Positions 55,401-64,000 of a stretch of DNA of 64,000 nucleotides are shown here, in pieces. Position 1 is the first letter of the stretch. Every line of letters begins with the position of its first letter. This stretch comes from Emiliania huxleyi CCMP1516 (Eukaryota). The stretch is taken from the NCBI RefSeq assembly GCF_000372725.1, contig NW_005201287.1, positions 899,081 to 963,080 of the forward strand. The letters are read 5' to 3'. The position numbers were made by a program, and so were the translations under genes. The notes below the pieces were generated by a model, which was not told the origin of the DNA, searched no databases, and saw nothing but the letters and a program-made list of their open reading frames with translations.

Positions 55401-57096
55401 TAGTGGTGCACTAACCTCTCCCAACACCTCCCCACACCTCCCCACACCTCCCCACATCTCCCCACATCTCCCTCTCCCCACATCTCCCCACACACATCTC
55501 CCCACATCTCCCCACATCTCCCCACATCTCCCCACATCTCCCCACACCTCCCCACACCTCCACACATCTCCCCACACCTCCCCACACCTCCCCACATCTC
55601 CCCACACCTCCCCACACCGGCTTCGGCCACCGAGTCTCCCCACACCTCCACACACCTCCTTGGGGCAAACGTAGATTTCCTGCCCAGCGTAAGGATATTT
55701 CTTTCATTTATTTCGTCTTTATTTCGTGCCCCACCACGGCAAATTTGCGAGAAATTTCTTCGCCCTCAAGTTTCGCCCCTTTCCGTTTCGCCCATGTTGG
55801 ACACCCATGTTGGACCAGGCACCGTGCGGGCCTGCCGTGCCTTGCTTGAGCCGGCAGGCCCGCGCGGCAGTGATGGTGCGCCTCCGCGGAGAGGCTGACG
55901 CTGGTCATCGGTCAGCGGTCAGCGGTCATCGGTCACCGGTCAAGCAGGTCATCGGGCGTCAGTGTCATTCAGGCGTCAGTGTCATTCGCGTCAACCTTGC
56001 CACCAAAACCCACGCCAATCTCAACCTTCGAAAGCAATGAGCGACGACGACATGGACACGGAGTACCTCGCCACCCTGCAAGGTGCCGCTGCCGGCGATT
56101 CCGCACCGCAGGAGGAGACAACCATCCAGTCTGCGCCTGCCTCGCCAGTGCGAACCGAGGAAGCGCTGGAAGGCATCCAAGTTCCCGGCGTGGGCGGAGG
56201 CGGCGCAGATCATCTTCGCGTTCACGCCCAACTCAGCCGCGGCGGAGCGTGTGTTCTCCATGCTCAAGTCAATGTTCGGCGACCAACAAATGGAGACCAT
56301 GGCAGATATCATCCAGACGGCCTTAATGCTCCGCATCAACGAGCGCCGCGTGGGCTGAGTGAGCACAGTATGATTGGGAACAGTACTCGTATATGAATAG
56401 TAGGATCTTGTCACAGGTATGGTAAATTTCCGGAAATTTCTCCTTCCGAACAAGCCTGTCATATTTCTCAAAATATTTCGGGAAATCTACGTTTGCCCCC
56501 AACACCTCCACACACCTCCACACATCTCCTCACACCTCCCCACACCTCCACACATCTCCCCACACCTCCACACACCTCCACACATCTCCCCACACCTCCC
56601 CACACCTCCCCACACCTCCCCACACCTCCCCACACCTCCCCACACCGGCTTCGGCCACCGAGGCTTCGGCCACCGAGGCTTCGGCCAACGAGGCTTCGGC
56701 CAACGATATTATTACTGCTCCACTCAGCCCCCCCCCCCCCCCCCCGCCCCCGCACTCGCACTTGCACTCGCACTCGCACTCGCACTCGCGCTCTGCCCCC
56801 CCGCGTACCCGCTGCCCGCGCCCCTTCTCCCCTCACCCTCCGCCCTCCCTTCCCCGCGGCCCAACCCGTCCTTCAAGGCTTCGGCCACTGAGGCTTTGGC
56901 CACCGAGGCTTCGGCCAACGAGGCTTCGGCCAACGAAAAAAAAATCCTCGCGCCCTCCGCCCGCCCTTGCCTCCGCCCAGCCCTCCGCCCTCCGCTCTCG
57001 CCCTCCGCCCCTGCCCTGGCCGGCCTGGGTGGCATCTCTTCATCTTCACGCGCCAAGTGGAAGGGAAGTGGACGGGGCCCTGAGCCGACCTAGCCC
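55401..57096 (+). mobile_element. hAT-derived deletion element with (ccccacacct)n and ggcttcggcca repeats; ends uncertain
   Basis: hAT C-terminal dimerisation motif FPAWAEAAQIIFAFTPNSAAAERVFSMLK at ~56160-56358. Confidence 0.7.
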
Positions 57097-57706
57097 TAAA
57101 CGGAATGGGGCGCCCAACACGTGCCCGGATTACCGTGCCCCTTGCACGCCGGGCACGGCCTTTCGGTTCGTGAAGGGTCGGTGCGTGTCGTGCCCCCCTC
57201 GCCTTGGTGAGCAGTCACATCCGTGCTCCCCACCATCTCCATCGCCTGGTCTGCGAATGCTTATCAGCCACGAAAGGAGAGCGTGGCCGAGGGTTGCATA
57301 GACTCGATCGCAAGATCCCAGAAAGGCACCTCCGCCTCTGGACAGGGTGGCCCGCACTAATCGACCCCTGTTAAGTGACTCGTTCGCTTACCACCCACTG
57401 TGATTTTGTGTGAGCTCTGTGTCTTCCTTTGCCAACAACATACCTACAACTAACCTCCGAGAAACCCTTCGGGTCGCTCCTCATTCATCGCAAACCCTGT
57501 CAGCAGGGTCCTCCTACGGGAATGTACGTAAGAGCTTCATACACTGAAAAAAGGGTTTAATATAACAAAATAAAAGTTTTCAAAAGGGGCGCAAGTTACG
57601 CGGCGAGGGAAAAGGGAGCAAAGAGGGGCAGCAAAAAGGAAAAATAAAAATCAACCGCGGCGGAACCTTCGTGGAACTCTGTTCTCCTCTGCACCCCTTC
57701 GGAGGC

Positions 57707-58056
57707 ATGCTTTTCGCTGCTGGATTCGCGTTCGCCCTCGCTCCCGAGCCTCACCTCGGCAGCAGCCGGCGAGCTGTCCTCTCCTCGTCGGCCGCGCTTG
57801 CCGCCGCAGCGATATCTCCAGTGGCGCCTGCCTTCGCTCAGTACGGGGCACTCGAAGACAAGGCGCAAAGCTACGACGCTGCTGTCAAGAATACCGACGG
57901 AGACCCTGCGCTCTATATGCCCTATGCGAAGGTTGTCTCGAAGGGCTCTACCTCCGCGAAGGCACACGCACACCACCCACTCACTCACTCCCCGACTCAC
58001 TCACTCAATCAATCAAACAATCTAACATGCACGGCCCGGACACAGACACAGACACA

Positions 58057-58129
<73 letters not shown>

Positions 58130-58462
58130 CCAACCTCGTGAGCGCGTTAGGTCATGGTGTCCCTCCCGTCGCCTGGCCCACTCTCGAACAACGACTACAT
58201 CGACCTCATCTGGCTCAAGACCGCGCAGTTTGACAAGCAGGAGAATGCGGGCGGGACCAACAAGGACCGCGTCTTCCCCGGCCTGATTGCTGCTGCCGGC
58301 GAGTTCAAGCCCAACGGTTCCCCAGTCAAGGGCGCGGCCACCGCTTCGGCCTCCAAGTCCGAGCCCGTCTTCACGGCACGGGTCAAGACCGGCCTGACGG
58401 TCTACCCCGTCGTACACTCGGCGGCGGGGTACGTCTGGGAGGGCGCCCCAATCACCTTGTGA
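57707..58462 (+). CDS. Putative thylakoid-lumen protein
   Basis: Signal peptide plus twin-Arg SRRAVL..APAFA; (CA)n-filled GC-AG intron ~57962-58150. Confidence 0.7.
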
Positions 58463-58707
58463 GACGACCACACTGCTCTAGAGCCGCCGCCCGCGGTCTC
58501 GTGAGCGGTGCCGCGAGTCGCGCTCGGCGCGGCGGCACCGCACCGCCGGTAGGCCCGCGCGGCCGGCGCTGTTCCTTATTACTTATTAGCAAGTTCTTTA
58601 GGTGTGTGTGTGTGTGTATACCGAATACCGTAGCTGAAAGCAGGAAACAATATTGTCAAAAGATATGACGTGATATACGCGCGACGACGTGCGCACGCCG
58701 TCAGCCA

Positions 58708-61700
58708 TCATGAGGGCAACTTGACCGCCGCGATGGCCTCCTTTTTGAACTCGACGCGGAGCGCGAGGATCGCGCGCGCCTCGGCGGCGGAGAGGCGGAG
58801 CCCGCCGTCCGCCCACAGCTCGGCGAGCTCCGCCTCTCGCTCGAGGGAGAGCAGCGCCGTCACCTGGGTGAGCCTCGCGGTGTGCCCCCGCACGGAACGG
58901 CTCGAGAGGGCGCCGAGGCGGCCCGTGAGCGCGCGCACGTCGCGCTCGAACTGCAGCGCGCCGAACATGTCCACCCGCTTCGTGAGGAGCAGCGCCTCGA
59001 TCCGCTGCGCGCAGTGGCTGAGCAGCTTGCCGAGCAGCGCCTGGAGCCGGGGGGGGGAGAGGGGCGGCGTGTCGGTCGGGGGCGCCGCGCCCCCTGCCAT
59101 CGGTAGAGTGGTGCGCGGAGAGGGCGCGCCTCGGCATTGTCGGCGGAGAGGCCGCTTCGCACCGACGCCATCGCCGCCTCGAGCTCGCCGACGAGCGGGC
59201 CGACGAGCGAGGCGGACTCGGCGGCGGCGAGCGCCTCGTCCGAGCCGAGCACGTACGACCTGTACCCGGGAGAGGCGGAGAGGCGTCGGCAGGGGGGCCT
59301 CCTCCCAGGGGGGGCCTCCTCCCGGAAGCGCGCAGCGAGCGGGGTCGGCGGCACCGGTCCCTCAGCGCGTCGAGGCGCGGCTTGAGGCGCGGCGTCAGCG
59401 AGGCGCAGAGCTGGTCGAGGCCCTCCTCGAGCGCAGCAGACAGCTTGGCGTCCGCCTCAACCTTGGCCGCCTGTCGGGGCACGCAGAGTCCGTGAGCCGC
59501 GTCTCTTCGCAGCTCCTCGCCCGCGCCTCGCGCTTGGTCGCCTCGAGCGACGCTGCGACCGCCTCCATCGCCGGCGCGGGCAGCTCGCGCGCGCACGCCT
59601 CCTCGGCGCCGCGCCACAGCCGAGGCGCGCACGAGAGGCTCAGCTGCAGCCCGTTGAGCGCGCGCAGCGTCGCGGGCAGGCGCGAGGCGGCGGTGCCGAT
59701 CGCCGAGCCGGCGGCCGACACGGCGGTGCCCATCGCGCCGGAGACACACGCGGACGCGGCGGTCCCCACCATGGTGCATGCCGTCCCCTGCGTCGCCTCG
59801 GCCACCATGGCGTGCGCCGAGGCGAGAGCAGCGCCCGCCAGCTTGGCGGAGACGGACAGCACGAGCTGCGACGAGAGCGCGTCGAGCAGGAGGCCGCCGA
59901 GCAGCGTCGCCGCCTGCGCCACCGCCGCCGCGGCGACGGCGCCATCGCACGAGTTCGCCGCGCGCAGCAGGTGGCGCTGCAGGACGTAGTACACCGAGTC
60001 GATCAGCTCCGACTTGGAGGCGTCGCCGGACGAGTCTTCGCTCATCGCGCCGCCTGCAGAGGGCAAGGCCAGGCAGTTTTGGGCTGTGGCGGAGCTCGCG
60101 GGACCGTCGCGAGGGGCGAGAGCGGCGAGAGCGGTGAGGGCGGCGAAGGCGGCGAGAGCAGGGCGGCGAAAGCGGCCTGTCGCTCCGCGCACGCCGCTCG
60201 TCGCGGCCGCGCCCGCGCCGCCGCCCGCAGCGCCGCCCACCGCAGCCGCCTCCTCCTCGAGGGCGGCGTCGAGCCGGATGGCTTTGATGGTGGCCGCCCA
60301 CGCGTACTGCGACGAAAGCGCCTCCAGCGCGCGCCGCAGCTCGAGGAAACCCTCCGTGCCGCCCAGCGTGGCGGGGGAGGCGGGAGGGCGGGCGGAGGGG
60401 GTGCGGGCAGCCGACGGGGCGAGGAAAGGGGCCGCGTATGCGTCGTACTGCGCGGCGCCGCGCAGCAGCCCCGTCAGCTCATCGAGCAGCCTACGAGTCG
60501 CGAGGTCTCGAGGCGTGAGCCCCTCGAGGGTGGGCGAGGGGGCAGCTGAGCCCCGCGGCGAGGGGCCGTTCGCAGCCGAGCGCCTCCGCCTCCGCGTCTG
60601 GGGCAACCTACTCCGCAGCCGGCGAGCCTCACCGGGGGAGGGGGAGGGCCAGGGCCTCCCCGGCGCGGCAGCCTCGGGGAGGGAGCCCGCGACGGGAGGG
60701 GCGCTCATCCGGCGGGCGGCGGCGGCGGAGCGGGTGCGGAGCTGCGCAGCGGCGGAGTACTGCGCGGCGAGCTCGGACCTATTTGTACGCGAGTGGTGGG
60801 CGGCGCGGCGTGAGGGCGGGGGAGGGGCGGGGGCGGAGAAGGGAGAGCGCCGGGAGGGCGGAGAAGGAGAGGGCGGTGGACCGCGGGAAGGGAAGAGGGC
60901 GGGGGAGGGGGAGGGGGAGGGAGGCACCCGAGTGAGAGAGAGCACGCATACAGCTCGAGGCACAAACCACGCGCCTCCTCCGCTGCCGCCGCCGCCTCCT
61001 CCTCCGCTGCCCCTGCTGCTGCGTGGTCGCCCTTACCACCGCTCGGCCCTGCCCCGGCGGCAGCGGCGGCGGCCGTCGGCCCGAGCGCCTGCGTCACTCC
61101 GCCGAGCGCCTCCGCCGTCGCCCGCAGCAGCCGCGCGAGGCGGGCGGGCAGGACGGCGAGCGCCTTCTCCTCCTCCTCCGCCGCCGTCGGCAGCGCGGCC
61201 GCCTCCACGCGCGCGCGGCAGAAGGCGGAGAGGGAGGATCGCCCCTCCGCCGGAGAGCCGAGCCGAGCGAGCAGCGAGACGAACCGGCAGACGGCAGGCA
61301 GCGCCTTGTCTGCGAGCCCGTCCGCGAGTCCCGCCCGCACGGCGCTCTCCACCCGCGCGTGAGCCGCCTCCGCCCGCGCGCGCGTCTGCGGCTCGATGGC
61401 GCTGCCCGCCGCGCGGACCGAGGAGAGGGCGCCTTGCGCGTGCGCCGCCGCCGCCTGAGAGGGAGGGTGCGGGAAAGGGTCAGCGAAAGGGCTTTGGCAG
61501 ACTCAGGCTCTGGGACGGGGCGTGTGGACGGGGGCTTGTCGGGCGGCAGGGCCGCGGGCTCTCGCGACGTGGGGAGCAGCGCCAGTGGTGATGCCCAGTG
61601 GTGAGGGCCAGTGGTGAGGGCCAGCGGTGAGGGCCAGCGGTGAGGGCCAGCGGTGATGCCGCGCGCCTCGAAGTTGCCGCTCGAGAGGGCGGCGTCGGCC

Positions 61701-62441
61701 GCCGCCTCCGCCGCGTCAAGCTCGAGCAGCCTCTCGACGAGAGAGAGCCGCGCCGCCGCCTCTGCGCGCCTCGCCTCGAGGGCGGCGAGCGCGGCGGCCG
61801 AGTCGGCGACGAGCGCCGCCGTCGCTGCAGACTCGGTGCCGAGCTTGCCGAGGGCTGCGCCGATGCGAGCGCCCTCGTCCGTCGCCTGCGGGGGAGACAC
61901 TCCGCGTGTGTCGGACGAGGCGTGAGTGCCGAAGCGAGCGCACGCTGCTAGTTGCCTGCTGCAGGGCCGGGAGCGCGGCGGTCGTAGCGCGCATCGCCTC
62001 GGCCCGGAGGCTACGCAGCTCGGCCTCGACGGACGCTTCGGCCGAGTCGAGTGCGCCGAGCGCCGAGCTGATCGCCTCGAGGTCGAGCTCCTCCGGGTCG
62101 AGCGCCTCGGCGCTCAGCTCGACCTGCTCCGCCGCCGCCTCCGCGCTGCCGCCCGGCTCTGCCGCAGCCGTTGATCCACGGAACGACGAGTGGTCGTCGC
62201 CGTCGAGTTCAGCTTGCCCGCCACTCTCCTCTGCCGCCGCCTCCCGCAGCAGCAACGCCTCCAGCGCCTTGTCGAGGGCCGCCGGAGAGGCGCATGCCGA
62301 GGCGAGCGCACGGGCAGCCGAAGCGGTGGCGCTGCGCGGCGCGCCGGCACGAGCAGTCACTGAGGTGAGCGTCCCTTTGGGCGCGACGCCGACGGTGCTC
62401 GTCGCCAGTGAAGCCTCGACTGCCGCGGACAGCGCTGGCAT
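58708..62441 (-). CDS. COG4: Conserved oligomeric Golgi complex subunit 4 (multi-exon; start uncertain)
   Basis: IDSVYYVLQR; FGALQFERDVRAL..RLTQVTALLSLE..RLSAAEARAILALRVEF. Confidence 0.82.
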
Positions 62442-62837
62442 GCCGATCAGGAACCACCACCACGGGGATGTCGTGTCGGTGAATGCTTCGCGGATGCGCG
62501 CCAACTCTACGATCCTGCCTGTTTGAGCCACCCCGAGAAGAGGGTAGACGTATGTGCAGTGTGCAGATGGCCGAATTGACTTTTTGCTCTGGTTTTAAGG
62601 CCCTGTTGGCTGTTGCACGTGTGCCTTACACACATGATCTCTCAACCGCAGGACCTTGGCTGGCGCAGAGTCCTTTGGCGCGGGCTCTCTCGGCTACGGG
62701 ACGGGCCCCAGGTTCGGCTGAGGGCTGACAAGTTGACAAGCTGCCGCGGGCCCAAATCACGGGAAGGGCAAAAAAACGACCAAGCACCGAGTTTGTAGGC
62801 CGGACCACGGCGCGTCGCGCCCATACCACAGACGCGT

Positions 62838-63377
62838 ATGCTCTCTCTCGCCATCCTCGCGCCGCTGTCGTGGCCACCGGACCCGCCATCGCTGCCGCCG
62901 CGTCCGCCGCCGGCGCTGCCGACCTGCACCGGCGGCGCGTTTAAGCAAGAGGAACGCAGGGCTTTTGAGGTGTTGGCACGCCTGCTTGGGCGAATGCAGC
63001 GGTCTTGTATCTCCAGACGGAGAAGAAAGCCCGAACCCCGACCAGGGCGCGTTCTCTGGCGCGGGATCAAGGGGGTCGAGGCGCCAGAAAGGTTCGTCTC
63101 GAGAGGCGGGACTGAGCTGGCGCCGATGTCTACGACATCGGATCTGCGGGTCGCCGTGCGATATGCCAGAGGCGTATCGAAGTCGCTCATTTTCATGTTG
63201 CGCGTCGACAACTTCATGCAAGAGGGCGCTGACCTGGCGTTCCTCTCTGCGTTCCCGCAGGAGCGCGAATTCCTGTACCCGCCCCTGACCTTTCTGGCGC
63301 CGCTCAAGACCCACCACCTTCGACACGACGGGACTCAGTACACTATCCTTGAGGTAGTTCCTCACTACCCTTCTTGA
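62838..63377 (+). CDS. Mono-ADP-ribosyltransferase (R-S-E clade) domain; 5' end unclear
   Basis: LWRG, MSTT, SAFPQEREFLYPP. Confidence 0.75.
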   Translation: MLSLAILAPLSWPPDPPSLPPRPPPALPTCTGGAFKQEERRAFEVLARLLGRMQRSCISRRRRKPEPRPGRVLWRGIKGVEAPERFVSRGGTELAPMSTTSDLRVAVRYARGVSKSLIFMLRVDNFMQEGADLAFLSAFPQEREFLYPPLTFLAPLKTHHLRHDGTQYTILEVVPHYPS

Positions 63378-64000
63378 CTCTTCTTCTTCTCTCCACCGGG
63401 CACCCCACATGAGCGCATCCAACCACTCCTCTACTCGTCTCAAAGTTCATGCCGCGCTCGAGGCAGTCGCCAGTCGCTCTCTTAGTACTCGCACTGCGTA
63501 GAGCCGCGTTGCGCGTACAGTTCTTGACTTCGCACAGTGTTACGGTAGTTAGAGTGACACACTGTTTTACTTTTAGAGAGCACACACAGCGAATGGAGAG
63601 TGTGGACTGTCTATTCGCTCTCTCTCGGCGCGTGTGCTTGAAAAAGCGGTGTACGTAACGAGACGTGTGTCACAAAAATTGCTAGTGTACGTGGACGGTG
63701 TGCATACACACAGCTCACAAGCCAACACGGACGTCGTGTCCTGACGAAACGGTTAATTCTAGCTCCCCCGACGCAGCACAGGCGGCTTGGTCACCCAAAG
63801 CTGCCCTGCACTATCCCTATCGACCAGCGGAGTGCTCCCGGCGGCCCACAAGTGGCCCGCGTGCCGGCGGTGCGTGTGGACGCTCTGCCAATGGGACTCG
63901 CGCGCAATACCATGCCAGCGACTGCGCGGCACGACAACCGGCGCCCGGGCAAGTAAGCGCGACGCGCTGCCGGGCGCGTAGCCGCCGCCGCGGGCGGCGG

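Noticed and set aside
55425..56645. ORFs with PHTSPHL / GRCGEVW repeats
   Set aside because: Translations of a 10-bp (ccccacacct)n satellite in a transposon relic.
58050..58127. (CA)n tract and other intronic short repeats
   Set aside because: Ordinary microsatellites and minisatellites.

Overview
GC-rich eukaryotic nuclear DNA with spliceosomal introns (many GC-AG, one possibly GA-AG, often filled with short tandem repeats) and plastid-targeted genes. This style suggests a haptophyte such as Emiliania/Gephyrocapsa huxleyi (inference, not verified). About 25 genes or gene fragments are recognisable, including XRN2, DnaJ, F-box, SEC14, sulfatase, a Tudor-like protein, GT47, plastid FabI, RPL27, an AI-2E transporter, an LTD-repeat protein, Mrp/HCF101, nucleoside hydrolase, a TTM/CYTH protein, sulfotransferase, a divergent PLP decarboxylase, COG4 and an ART. 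They are interspersed with many non-autonomous transposons, and there is a 100-N assembly gap at 31560-31659. Four observations stand out. (1) At least 8 introns in 4 unrelated genes begin with a degenerate copy of the start of the NEXT exon. (2) A split-direct-repeat (Ngaro/PAT-like) element carries a hairpin-rich repeat with a diverged homolog 25 kb away. (3) A four-element nested transposon stack has three readable target-site duplications (TSDs). (4) There is a (CTTT)n-tailed retroposon family. All calls were made by eye; no database searches were run.
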